Shown: in pieces, positions 1 to 10,535 of the stretch
Numbering within the stretch: the first letter of the stretch is position 1
Layout of the letters: each line of letters opens with the position of its first letter
Origin: Nitrospirota bacterium
GTDB lineage: Bacteria; Nitrospirota; UBA9217
Assembly: GCA_963818475.1 (NCBI GenBank)
Contig: CAWFSF010000006.1
Span: 1,184,001-1,248,000, forward strand
DNA length: 64,000 nucleotides
Direction: 5' to 3'
The notes under the pieces: generated by a model
The model's input: only the letters and a program-made list of their open reading frames with translations
What the model was told of the DNA's origin: nothing
The model's database searches: none
Made by a program: the position numbers and the translations under genes

Positions 1-678
1 TGACGACGTCGTTACCTGGGTTTTCTTCATGTGTTCTGATTTGTTTAACCCCCATTTCCCCCCATCATTTTGACTCCAAAAGGGGTGCCATACTAAATCC
101 GCGTTGGTATCCTGTATGAACGTGATGAGTTTTTTGATCCGATCCGGAGTATACTCATCGTCATCATCGAGATGAGTTATAAAATCGCCTTTAGCCAGCG
201 TAAGGGCATGATTAACGGTTGCGGTTCCCGCGACCAACCATTTCCTGGCAGGAAAATCCGGGTATACACCGCGCTCCGGCAGGTTGACAAAACGGATTCG
301 AGAATCTCCGATTTTAGAGATCAGATCTTCAGTGTTATCGGTACAACAATCTCCGACAACAACGATGTCAAGGTGTTCATAATCTTGACGGAGAACGGAT
401 TTCAGCGAACGCTCAACGAGCAGTTTGCCACGATTATACGTGCCTATACATACGGAAACAAGTGGATTTTCTTTTTCGTATATGCTTTTGTAAGCTTGTG
501 TTTGCCTCTCGTCTTGAAACTGTTCAAATAGAATATCATAGCCATCGAGCTTGGACCTTAGAGCATCCAGCTCTTCATACAACTTGTCGATCGCAGGGAC
601 TACCGTGTTATTGACCAGGGATGTTGTCTGATTTATCTTGAGCAGATTTATTATGGTCTTTCTCAAATATTTCACCAT
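1..678 (-). CDS. Glycosyltransferase family 2, 3' end truncated by window edge
   Basis: Manual translation from ATG at 678: MVKYLRK...PLVSVCIGTYNRG...VLRQDYEHLDIVVVGDCCTDNT...GDFITHLDDDDEY. These are GT-A fold motifs including DxD. Not in the ORF track because it runs off the window. Confidence 0.85.
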   Translation of the reverse strand, partial: MVKYLRKTIINLLKINQTTSLVNNTVVPAIDKLYEELDALRSKLDGYDILFEQFQDERQTQAYKSIYEKENPLVSVCIGTYNRGKLLVERSLKSVLRQDYEHLDIVVVGDCCTDNTEDLISKIGDSRIRFVNLPERGVYPDFPARKWLVAGTATVNHALTLAKGDFITHLDDDDEYTPDRIKKLITFIQDTNADLVWHPFWSQNDGGKWGLNKSEHMKKTQVTTSS

Positions 679-765
679 TGTTCATGTCCTTAATAATTTG
701 GCGGCATTGAGTTATAGCCGTATCGATAGTTTGTGAGGTATCAAGAGTACCTATCCAGCATACTG

Positions 766-1878
766 CTATTTGCTTCTTGCAAACAAAACCGTTTCTTCAG
801 AGTGGATCGTAAAATGCCCTAAGTGAAATTCATATCCGAGATCCAAAGATGATATGAATTTTGGGATATCAACAAAATCATTTAAGCCATGGTATAGCGA
901 GATGGCAAGTTTGGGTTTACATCTTTTAATGGTATTAATAGCACCTTGGAGCGCAGAAAATTCGGCGCCCTCTATGTCCATTTTTATAAAATCTATTTTT
1001 TTTATATTGTTCTGAGAAACAAAATCATCTATGGAGATTGTCGAGATTGGTAAGTACTCATCGGTCTGTTTTGTGCCGCTTACTTTGCTTTCTGGTCCAT
1101 TATCCAAAAAATAGAAAAGTTCTCCAGTTTTGTCCCAGAGAGGAGTTTGAATGATTTTTATTCTGTTGATTAGGGAAGGATTAAGGTTGATATTTTTCGA
1201 CATGATCTCTAAATTACCGGGAATGAATTCAAAAGAATAAACCTTGCCACTCGCTCCAACTTCGTGAGCAAAATAAAGCGCGGTATCCCCCCAACAACCA
1301 CCAGCATCTATGACAACATCCCCCTCTTCAGCTTTGATCACGGTATTTGAGTTGCGAAATTCGTAGTTTTTAACCATAAAAACGGCACAAATTCCCATAG
1401 GTACCGAATAAATCGATATAGGATAATTGATGCTCTCTAATGCAAACTTAAATAGCTTCCAATCTATATTGGCAATGGTTAGGCTATCATGATTTTCTTT
1501 AATCGATTCTACGTATCGCCGCTTTTCCCAGTATTGCGGGGTGTTGAGCGGCAGCTTGACGCGCTCCTGGCCTAAGAGGCGATAGGCAATGATCTTTATC
1601 AACAGCTTTTTTGACCCTTCATCCGCTAAAATGAAGTATAAATCAGACAATCCGGTGAAATGTTCACGGATATTGTCAATCGCATCGCAAATATTAACGG
1701 GAATTTTATTTCTAAATTTATTTTTCACCCAATTTCTAGTTCTCTGTTTGCATGTTTTCTTGGAAGATGGTCCAAACCTTTCAATATCAACATTGTCGCC
1801 AAAATATTGATTCAGATCCATCAGCAGTTCCTTAATTAAGGCGGTCATGAATTCATTGATACTTGCGCAGCAGTCCAT
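766..1878 (-). CDS. FkbM-family SAM-dependent methyltransferase
   Basis: Motifs VIDAGGCWGD, VYSFEF, IDFIKMDIEGAE, PKLAISLYH. Start uncertain (1848-1905). Confidence 0.85.
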   Translation of the reverse strand: MDCCASINEFMTALIKELLMDLNQYFGDNVDIERFGPSSKKTCKQRTRNWVKNKFRNKIPVNICDAIDNIREHFTGLSDLYFILADEGSKKLLIKIIAYRLLGQERVKLPLNTPQYWEKRRYVESIKENHDSLTIANIDWKLFKFALESINYPISIYSVPMGICAVFMVKNYEFRNSNTVIKAEEGDVVIDAGGCWGDTALYFAHEVGASGKVYSFEFIPGNLEIMSKNINLNPSLINRIKIIQTPLWDKTGELFYFLDNGPESKVSGTKQTDEYLPISTISIDDFVSQNNIKKIDFIKMDIEGAEFSALQGAINTIKRCKPKLAISLYHGLNDFVDIPKFISSLDLGYEFHLGHFTIHSEETVLFARSK

Positions 1879-1979
1879 TAAATATAGCCTTTCCTTACAA
1901 ATCAACGACGTAGTTAATGTGTTGTGTGAAAAATAAAAAACTGAAAAACAGTAACGAAGCGTAAGTATTCTCGCATTGA

Positions 1980-2853
1980 CTATCTCACGATATTCATCAG
2001 ATACTCGCCGTATCCGTTCTTTTTGAGGACCTCCGCAGTCTTCCGAATCTGGTCTTTGCCGATATGCCCAAGCCGGTAAGCGATCTCTTCGATGCAGGCC
2101 ACCTTAAGCCCCTGTCTTTTTTCGATCGTGGCAATGAACTCACTGGCCTCAAGCAGGCTGTCGTGCGTTCCTGTGTCGAGCCATGCATGCCCCCTGCCGA
2201 GAAGTTCGACCCGCAGGTTGCCCCTCTTCAGATATTTCTTGTTCACATCCGTGATCTCAAGCTCACCCCGTGATGACGGTTTTACGTTCTTGGCGATCTC
2301 GACAACATCGTTGTCGTAAAAATACAGGCCGGTCACGGCGTATCGTGACTTCGGCTTGCTGGGTTTTTCCTCGATGGACAGCACGGTCCCTTTTGAGTCG
2401 AATTCCACGATACCATATCGCTCGGGGTCCTGCACATAATATCCGAACACGGTTGCACCATCTTTAGACCCCACATCCGTGTACGCTTTTTTTCAGCAGT
2501 TCCGTAAGGCCATGCCCATAGAAAATATTGTCGCCCAGGATGAGGCAGACATCATCTTTCCCGATAAACTCTTCCCCCAGGATGAATGCTTCGGCAAGGC
2601 CCCTGGGCTCCTGCTGCACCACATAACTGAACTGAAGCCCCAGCTGAGAACCGTCTCCGAAAAGGTTGCGGAACGTCGGAATGTCCTGGGGCGTGGAAAT
2701 GATCAGGATCTCCCTGATGCCGGCGAGCATCAGTATGGACAGCGGATAGTAGATCATCGGCTTGTCATAGACCGGCAGGAGCTGTTTGCACACGCTTAAG
2801 GTTATCGGGTACAGCCTCGTTCCGCTTCCACCTGCTAAAATGATGCCTTTCAT
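1980..2853 (-). CDS. rfbA: Glucose-1-phosphate thymidylyltransferase, split by a frameshift at the homopolymer ~2487-2493
   Basis: [35 protein letters not shown] in ORF 2464..2910; [18 protein letters not shown] in ORF 1980..2474. Confidence 0.93.
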
Positions 2854-2891
2854 CTCATCTCCTGTCTTGTGCCGATCGTCTTCAACTTTCC

Positions 2892-3981
2892 TCACGATCG
2901 CAAAGAGCATACCGTGGCGTAAAGCTCCATCAAGCGTAAACCGAATCGCTGCATTGAAAACTGCTCAGCAGCGATCTGTCTGCATTGCTGAGCAAGCATC
3001 GTGAACCGCACCGGGTCCCTGCGTAAGGCGACCAGAGCATCCGCAAGAACAGGAACCCCTGCTGCTGGCCTGTACAGCAAACCAGTCCCGTATTCGTTGA
3101 TCAACTCTGCACCGCCTTCCCCTTCCCGGGCCACGATAGGCGTTCCTGCAGCCATCCCTTCCATGAGCACAATACCCAGCGCCTCGTTCTCCGAAGGAAG
3201 AACGGTGATATGGCTCAGGGAGAGGATCTCGGCGATCTCAGAAGTCCAGCCGGTAAAATGTACGTTCTCCTGAAGGCCGAGCTCATTGATCTTCGCGAGA
3301 AGCGAATCGTAATAAGCTCCGCTCAGCGGGTCGCCGATGATGACCAGGAGCGGGTTTTCTCCCTGCCGTTTGCAGGCAGCAATGAGCTCAAGGGAGACCT
3401 CGTGGGCCTTGCGCGGGATAAGGCTTGAAATATGGCACAAGACGAGGCTGTGCGAGTCGGCCTTCAATTTCCGTTTCCATGCTTCACGCTTCTCCGCGTC
3501 CGCACGGGAGAACCGCTCCACATTGATGCCAGGACGGATGACTGTGATCTTTCCCGCCTTGACGCCCTTTCCCTTCAGCATATTCCGCTGCATGTTCGAA
3601 AGGACAATGACCCGGTCCGCGAACTTAAAGCCGATATGATACCGCGGCACCATCATGGTGCTGACCACCGGACACCCCGTGACCTTTGAAAGGAGCACCC
3701 CGAAGTGGTCCGCACGGTCAAGCGTCGTATGGATGACGTCGTATATTATTCTTTTTTACCAGCTGCCTCAAGAACAAAATATCCCCGATCCCCTTCATGG
3801 GGATGCCGTGGCAGGGTACTCCCATGGCCTGCACCGAGTCGTTCACATACCCTGCAGTACCGCGGCAGACGACCGTAACGCGGTTGCCCAGGGAATGGAG
3901 GGCCGAAACCTGGTCCAGGAATATCCGCTGCGCTCCGTACCGGTCGTTCTTGGATATCATCTGGAGGATGTTCAGCGACAT
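2892..3981 (-). CDS. Glycosyltransferase family 4 (frameshift ~3740)
   Basis: N-terminal [16 protein letters not shown] in ORF 3718..4002; C-terminal [16 protein letters not shown] (EX7E motif) in ORF 2892..3698. Confidence 0.85.
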
Positions 3982-3985
3982 AGAT

Positions 3986-5083
3986 TCAACCCTTCTCCGC
4001 AATCATGGCGTTGAAAAACTTGTAATAATCCTCTACCATGCGATCGCGCGCGAACCGCTTTTGTGTCCAGTGCGGCCCCGCGTCCGACATTTGTTGCCGA
4101 AGTGTATCGTTCGTAAGAATGTTGACAATCTCCTTTGCCATATCTTCTACTCCCGAGACAAGCTTTCCTGCGGCACAGTTTTCAAGAGAATCACGAACAC
4201 CTCCGGCGTCAAATGCGACGACCGGCGTTCCCATGCTGAGCGCCTCAAGGATCCAGATCCCGAACCCTTCGTTCCGGTGCGTGCAGACCGCAACATCGAG
4301 ATCAGCGTAAAAAGAAAGCATCTCTTCTTTTGACAATCTGCCGGTCCACAGCACAGCTTCTGTCAGACCCAATGCGGCAGCGCGATCCTTAAAATCCTGG
4401 ACCTGCCCGATGCCGGACTCGGATGCGACTAAGACAAAACGAGCAGCCGGGATGGTTTTTCGAATGCGGAGCAGCGCGTCAAGAAACTCGATCTGGTTCT
4501 TCCAGAGATCACCGACGGTGCCGATGATCTTTGATCCTGAAGGAAGATTGAAGCGTTTTCTGAGGACCCCCCTTGGAATATGCGCCCTGTTGAACTTGTC
4601 GAGATCGATTCCGTAGTAGATGATGCTGGTACGGGAGGTCATTTTGGGGAAATAGGCAATAAGCTTGTCCCTGATATGGCGCGAGATGGTGACGATATAG
4701 TGCATGCGGGAGAGCAGGAAGCGGTATCTGCTGAATTCCGGGACCTGCGGCGTATACATGAGTATGGGTTTATTGCCGGAGATTAGGGCAGCAATCCACG
4801 ATTGGACAATATCGTGACCACGCTGAATATCGATGATCTCATACCCCTCATCCCGGATGACCCGGGCAGTCTGAAGGACGGTGTTTATTCCGCGCGGTCC
4901 TCCGGGCCGATCAATGGGATGGAGCGCGATCGCGCTGTTCTTGAACATGTCGACGAGCGGTGTTCCTGGGCGGCAGACAAGGCCTATCTTCACACCTTTG
5001 GCAGCCAGCCCGGGAAGCAGGTCGCGAAGAAACTCTTCTCCCCCGCCCCTGCCCCTGAAGTTGTTCACAAAAAGGATCTTCAT
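3986..5083 (-). CDS. Glycosyltransferase family 4
   Basis: MKILFVNNFRGRGGGE; EGFGIWILEALSMGTPVVA. ATGA overlap with the upstream GT2. Confidence 0.9.
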   Translation of the reverse strand: MKILFVNNFRGRGGGEEFLRDLLPGLAAKGVKIGLVCRPGTPLVDMFKNSAIALHPIDRPGGPRGINTVLQTARVIRDEGYEIIDIQRGHDIVQSWIAALISGNKPILMYTPQVPEFSRYRFLLSRMHYIVTISRHIRDKLIAYFPKMTSRTSIIYYGIDLDKFNRAHIPRGVLRKRFNLPSGSKIIGTVGDLWKNQIEFLDALLRIRKTIPAARFVLVASESGIGQVQDFKDRAAALGLTEAVLWTGRLSKEEMLSFYADLDVAVCTHRNEGFGIWILEALSMGTPVVAFDAGGVRDSLENCAAGKLVSGVEDMAKEIVNILTNDTLRQQMSDAGPHWTQKRFARDRMVEDYYKFFNAMIAEKG

Positions 5084-5898
5084 GGCGCTCCTTGCCCCTT
5101 GACGCCTGCCCCCTGGACCCTGGACCCCGAACCCCGGATTGTATGTTCCCATGCTTTCGCATATTTGGCAAAAACATAATAGGAGTGGAAAAGGTTCAGG
5201 ATCAGGCCGTGTTTCCCGTCGAGGAAGCCGAGGCGCATAACATACTTGATCACAAAGGTGCCAACCGGGCGGAGCAGGATGTTCACCCAGCCGGCCTTGA
5301 ACCTGCCGATCCCCTTTTCTGCCATGACGGCCACTGCCAAAGAGGAATATTTATTGATCGATGACATGTAGGAGGCAAGGTCGGGATAGGCATAATGCAG
5401 GATGGCGTGCCGGGTGCTGCCGACTGCACCCTGGACCTTGATCGCTTCATGAACCGCTCGCTCTTCGAAACGGCCTGCGCCTTTGCTGAACAGGCGGAGA
5501 TTATGGTCCGGATACCAGCCGCCGTACCGGACCTGCTTGCCCAGAAAGAACGTCTTGCGCGGAATGCGGTACCCGTCGAGCGCTTCCGGAGCGGCAATAA
5601 GACCGCGGATCTCTTCGGCCAGCGCCGGTTCAATCGGTTCATCGGCATCGAGGCTCAGGACCCAGTCGCCGGTTGCTCGTTCGATGGCCAGGTTCTTCTG
5701 GCGCGCGAAACCGAGCCAGTCCTGGTGAACGACCTTGTCCGTATACTCGCGGCATATGGCAACGGTCCGGTCGGTGCTGCCGGAATCAACGACGACGATC
5801 TCGTCAGCCCAGGCTACGCTCTCAAGCGTGCGCCTGATGTTCGCCTCTTCATTGAACGTGATGATGGCAACCGAGAGCTTTGTTTTTTGCGTGGTCAT
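5080..5898 (-). CDS. Glycosyltransferase family 2, LPS core beta-glucosyltransferase (WaaE/KdtX-like)
   Basis: LSVAIITFNEE, VVVDSGSTD, WVLSLDADE, VHE, GFLDG motifs. Confidence 0.88.
   Translation of the reverse strand: MTTQKTKLSVAIITFNEEANIRRTLESVAWADEIVVVDSGSTDRTVAICREYTDKVVHQDWLGFARQKNLAIERATGDWVLSLDADEPIEPALAEEIRGLIAAPEALDGYRIPRKTFFLGKQVRYGGWYPDHNLRLFSKGAGRFEERAVHEAIKVQGAVGSTRHAILHYAYPDLASYMSSINKYSSLAVAVMAEKGIGRFKAGWVNILLRPVGTFVIKYVMRLGFLDGKHGLILNLFHSYYVFAKYAKAWEHTIRGSGSRVQGAGVKGQGAP
5091..5140. repeat. Degenerate heptamer tandem repeat inside the 3' end of the GT2 gene
   Basis: CTTGCCC CTTGACG CCTGCCC c CTGGACC CTGGACC CCGAACC CCGGATT. Confidence 0.7.
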
Positions 5899-6955
5899 CG
5901 TGAGACCTTCGAATGTACGCCGGAAAGATGTTTTCCACAGCAATGATCGCTTCTTCCACCGAGATCTGCTTCATGCATGCATTATCAGCGCACTTGTGCG
6001 GTTTGCAGGGGTAGCAGGAAAGCCTCTTGGTGATGACCGTGTGGCCCTCGCCCCAGGGGCCCCACTTGCGTTCATCGGTCGGTCCGAACAACGCCACCAC
6101 CGGGACGCCCATGGCGGCAGCCATATGCATCGGACCCGAATCAACGCCGAAGAACAGGTCCGCATTTTTGTAGACGGAAAGATTCTCGCGCACATTCGTG
6201 ACGCCGCAGAGATCGAGCCCGTTGAAGGGGCCGAGCTTTTCTATGCTGCGATACAGCTTCGCATCACCAGCCGACCCGGTATACACGAAGCGGGCACGGT
6301 GCCGGTCACGAAGCACGGTCATGACCGCAGCGAACCGGTCAAGGGGCCATTGTTTGGCCGGCAGGCTGGCTGCGGCATGAATGATGACCTTGAGATCATC
6401 GTCCTTCCATCCGGCTTGCGCCATGATCGCGGCGATTTTTTTATCGTTCTCCGGAGTGGGCCACAGTTCCAGGTTGTTGAGCCGATGGGGATATCGAGCA
6501 CGCGCAGGCAGTCGAGGAAGTTCAGGACCTCATGCTGGTCCTGGCGATAGGCCACCCGGTCGGTCAGCAGCAAGCCCCTGCCCTCCGTGGCAAAACCGAT
6601 CCTGCGGGGCACTCCGGCAAGGCGGACCAGGAGCGCGCTCGAAAGGGACCGCTTGAGAACGAAGGCCGCGTCGTAGCGCTCGTTCCTGATCAGCCGTAAG
6701 TAATGCAGATAGCCTGCCAGTTTGCTGCGCTCCGCAGCAGCGCTGTAGGTATGGATCGTTTTGAACTCAAAGGGGATCACGCGGTCCACATAGGGGCAGC
6801 CCTCGATCACCTGTCCGGAGAAGGGCTCCAGCATCAGGTCGATCTGCGCTGCGGGAAACGCCTCGACGAAGGTTTCTGAGGAACGGCACGGTCAGCACCG
6901 TGTCGCCGATGAACCGGTAACGCATCACGAGGATCTTCTTTGCCGCAAGCTTCAT
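5849..6955 (-). CDS. waaF: ADP-heptose:LPS heptosyltransferase II (GT9), frameshifted at ~6865 and ~6478; 3' end uncertain
   Basis: KILVMRYRFIGDTVLTVPFLRNLR; GVPRRIGF; AKQWP; GVDSGPMHMAAAMGVPVVALFGPT. Spread over three ORFs. Confidence 0.8.
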
Positions 6956-7536
6956 GACTGGTCCGCCTTGCTCTGTGCAATGATCCAGTCCGCTGCTTCT
7001 GCCAGATCATGAGCGGTAAAATCGGGGTCAGCAACATGCTCTGGCCGCGCGTTACCCGGATCGTCTGCAGCAAAACCGCTCCGAACGAGGATGGAAGCGG
7101 CTCCTGCCCGGTGGCCGAGCTCGACGTCGCTCCACTTGTCGCCCACCATATAGGAGCGATGGACATCGATCGCGAGGTCTCGTGCAGCCTGGTCGATCAG
7201 GCCGGTCCCCGGTTTTCTGCATGCGCAGACCCGGGTATGCATGGTCGTACCGGCTGTTGGATGGTGCGGGCAATAATAAATGGCGTCAAGACGCGCGCCG
7301 TCCGCTCCCAGCAATACTTCGAGCCGCGCATGTGCTTCGTCCACGAGCGACTCGGGGAAATAGCCGCGGGCCACGCCGGACTGGTTGGTGACCAGAACAA
7401 CGAGGAAACCGGCATCGTTCAGTTTTTTGATCGCTCTTCCGACGCCCGGTATCAGGGTGAGCATGGAGAGGTCGCGCATATAACCGACCTCCTCATTGAC
7501 CGTACCGTCGCGGTCAAGAAATACCGCTTTTTTCAT
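6952..7536 (-). CDS. gmhB: D-glycero-D-manno-heptose 1,7-bisphosphate phosphatase
   Basis: AVFLDRDGT (HAD DxD), VTNQSGVARG, CPHHP...CACRKP, MVGDKWSD. Confidence 0.92.
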   Translation of the reverse strand: MKKAVFLDRDGTVNEEVGYMRDLSMLTLIPGVGRAIKKLNDAGFLVVLVTNQSGVARGYFPESLVDEAHARLEVLLGADGARLDAIYYCPHHPTAGTTMHTRVCACRKPGTGLIDQAARDLAIDVHRSYMVGDKWSDVELGHRAGAASILVRSGFAADDPGNARPEHVADPDFTAHDLAEAADWIIAQSKADQS

Positions 7537-8602
7537 AGGACCTCGAAAAGCATTTGCTCCCACGCTTCGGATTCGGCGACCTTAAGCGAGATTCGAAGCG
7601 CCCAAATGCCGTCAGGGTGCAGGGAGTGCAGACGGACGCCGTCCTTTTCCGTCGTAACGATCATGTTCACCTGTATCATCGGCAGCCTGCCGGAAGATGT
7701 TTGCCAGATCGTTCTTATCATATGCATGATGGTCGGGATAGGTGCTGGAGCTCTTTACCACGGCGCCGAGGGACTCCAGAAGCGACAGGAACGACGCCGG
7801 GCGGGCTATCCCGGAAAATGCGAAGACCGGTGTACGACGGAGTGACGACAGCGGTCTGGTCTCGTTCGTGGCAATATTGACCAGATCCAGAGGGACATGG
7901 GATGCCGTAAAGATCCGGGCTGCGGTGTAACGACGCAAGGTCTCTTTCAGGGAGGACAGATCACCGACCCTGTCTGCCCTGGTTATCAGTATGGCATGAG
8001 CGCGTTTGAGCGCGGTCAGCGGTTCCCTGAGTATCCCTGCCGGAAACAGCTTCCCGCTGCCGAACGGTTCTGCTGCATCGACCAGGACAATGTCGATAGT
8101 GCGCTGCAGCCGAATATGCTGAAATCCGTCATCCAGGACGACCACGTCGGGATGAAATTGCCGGAGCGCGGCAAGCGAGGCCTGGTAACGGTCAGCTCCC
8201 ACCACGACGGGCACTCCCGTCAGCCGGTCGGCGATCAGGACCGGTTCGTCACCGTTCCTGAGGAGATCATGCTGCACTGTCCGACCGTCGGACACGATGG
8301 AGATAAGGGACTCGTCCTGCCTGCCGTATCCGCGGCTGATCACCACAGGCCGCTTCCCGTTTCGAAGGATCAGGCCGGCGATATCGATGACCGTCGGGGT
8401 TTTTCCGGTCCCTCCGAGCGTGATGTTGCCCACGGATATGACGGTGCACGGCAATATTTTTTTCCCTGACCAGGGGAGCCGGTACCATGCTCTTCTTGCA
8501 TATAAGAGCGCTGCGGTAGAGCAGTGACAGTGCCGACAGGATCGGACCGACGATCAGTGAGCGTCGTCTCCCGTATATCAGGTCTTCAACATAGACTCTC
8601 AT
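7533..8602 (-). CDS. lpxK: Tetraacyldisaccharide 4'-kinase, frameshifted at ~8486 and ~7675
   Basis: VISVGNITLGGTGKTP, ISRGYG, GDEP, LDDGFQH, DHH; TTEKD lies in the third frame. Confidence 0.92.
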
Positions 8603-9888
8603 GAACGCGTAATGAATTTATCAACGGCGTCAATGGTCTTTTTGGCTGCGCCGGAATTCAATTCGATGACCTTGAACGCGCGTTCGCCGATCTGTTGCGC
8701 GCGGGTTGTATCGCTGAGCAGGCTGTCGAACTGAACATAGAGTTCCTGTTTGTCCTTGACCATGATGCCGCCGCCGGACGCTATGAGCGCTTCGGATATT
8801 TCCTTGAAATTGAACATGTATTTGCTGAAGATCACCGGTTTTTTTACGGCAGCGGGTTCCAGCAGATTATGCCCGCCGATCTTAACCAGGCTTCCGCCGA
8901 CAAAGGCGATGTCACAGACGGCATAGAATGACCTGAGCTCGCCGATCGTGTCAAGCAGCAGGACATCCTTGACTTGACCTTTGAGCCGGGTGCGTCGCTG
9001 GCATTCAAATCCGGCGCTGTGGACAAGGCCTTCAACCTCGTCGAATCGTTCGGGGTGGCGCGGTGCGATAATGAGCAGCAGTTCCGGGAATTTATCCCTT
9101 AGTCTCGCGAACACCCAGAGGAGCGTCTCTTCTTCGCCGCGATGCGTGCTCCCTGCAGTGATGACCTTGCGTGCTTTGGGTATGGCAACAGGGTGCCCAT
9201 GCGGCTCAGAGAGCTTCTGGTCGAACTTCAGATTGCCGGTGACCAGCACCCGGTCTGCCGCCGCCCCGATGGTTCTGATGCGCTCTGCATCATCCTCGGA
9301 CTGCATGCAGAACAGATCCACCTGTTCAAAGACCTGTCTGAAAAAATCTTTGAGCTTTACATAGTTCTTGAATGAATGCGGAGAGATCCTTCCGTTAATG
9401 ACCGCCGACGGTATTCCCGCGCGTTTCAGTTCTCTGAAAAAGTTAGGCCAGAGTTCGGTCTCGGCCACGAGCACCACGGCCGGATTGATCTTCTGCAGGA
9501 CCCTGCGGACCACGAAGGGATAATCAAACGGGAAAAAGAACACGGCATCCGCTTCGGGAACACGCTGGCGGGCCGTGTAATTTCCCGTGATCGTGACCGT
9601 GGAGATGATCAACTTCCGGCGAGGGTATTTTTTCTTGAGCTCACGAACGAGCGGGTGGACCGCCATGACCTCACCTACCGAAACAGCATGCACCCAGATC
9701 GGACGTTCGCCGGCTATCACGTCCATGACGTCCCTGCGGACCCAGCCAAGTTTCTGTGAAATGCCGCCGCGGTACTTCGGCACCGTAGCGAGCTTGAACA
9801 GGATGATCGGCAGAAAAAGAACGGTGCCGGCAAACAATAGCAGGTTGTATGCGGTGTAATACATAATGCTCCCTCGCGATGGGGTCAT
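8599..9888 (-). CDS. waaA: Kdo transferase
   Basis: IWVHAVSVGE, PFD, ETELWPN, TGNLKFD, APRHPERF, GGHNLLEPA. Confidence 0.95.
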   Translation of the reverse strand: MTPSRGSIMYYTAYNLLLFAGTVLFLPIILFKLATVPKYRGGISQKLGWVRRDVMDVIAGERPIWVHAVSVGEVMAVHPLVRELKKKYPRRKLIISTVTITGNYTARQRVPEADAVFFFPFDYPFVVRRVLQKINPAVVLVAETELWPNFFRELKRAGIPSAVINGRISPHSFKNYVKLKDFFRQVFEQVDLFCMQSEDDAERIRTIGAAADRVLVTGNLKFDQKLSEPHGHPVAIPKARKVITAGSTHRGEEETLLWVFARLRDKFPELLLIIAPRHPERFDEVEGLVHSAGFECQRRTRLKGQVKDVLLLDTIGELRSFYAVCDIAFVGGSLVKIGGHNLLEPAAVKKPVIFSKYMFNFKEISEALIASGGGIMVKDKQELYVQFDSLLSDTTRAQQIGERAFKVIELNSGAAKKTIDAVDKFITRS

Positions 9889-10535
9889 GCTGACCGTCTT
9901 GTGAAATATCCGTCTGCATCGGCCAGAAGACGGTTCAAGGCCGTTTGTAATTCTTTCCGTTTTGACTCCAGGACGTCTTCGGACATTCCGTCGACCGTGA
10001 TCGGTTCCCCGTACATGACGATCGCGCGCGTGAACGGCACAGGCAGCAGATATTTGTCCCAGATCCGGTCGAGTATCCAGAACCGTTTTGCGCTGGTGAT
10101 CACCGGCACGATCGGCTTGTCCAATTTGGCTGCCAGATAGGTGACCCCGTGCTTGACCTCATACAGGGGGCCGCGGGGACCGTCCACCGCGAGAGCAACA
10201 TGTTTGCCCCGTCGCAGGCCATCGACGAGGCCCAGGAGGGCCTGGGCACCTTTCCGTTTGCTTGAACCCCGCACAATCTCAAACCCGAACCGCGTCAGAA
10301 CGCCGGCCTGGATCTCCCCGTCCCTGCTTTCACTTGCAGGGATGACGACCCCAAGCCTCCGGTGGGTATGGAACAGCAAAAATTGCCTGCCGTGCCAGAA
10401 TGCAAAAATGATGTTTTTGCCCTCGGATTTGAGGCGATCAGGGACCTCTTTGTTGACAAAGGTGATCCGCAGCGTCCTGCACCAGAGGGACAGCAGCGCC
10501 CAGCCGATGAACGATAGAATCCGTGCCCTCATCAT
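9885..10535 (-). CDS. DUF374 lysophospholipid-acyltransferase-family protein (LpxJ-like late acyltransferase candidate)
   Basis: FWHG, SRDGE, VRGSS, VDGPRGP, WD..LPVPF motifs; sits between msbA and waaA. Confidence 0.8.
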   Translation of the reverse strand: MMRARILSFIGWALLSLWCRTLRITFVNKEVPDRLKSEGKNIIFAFWHGRQFLLFHTHRRLGVVIPASESRDGEIQAGVLTRFGFEIVRGSSKRKGAQALLGLVDGLRRGKHVALAVDGPRGPLYEVKHGVTYLAAKLDKPIVPVITSAKRFWILDRIWDKYLLPVPFTRAIVMYGEPITVDGMSEDVLESKRKELQTALNRLLADADGYFTRRSA

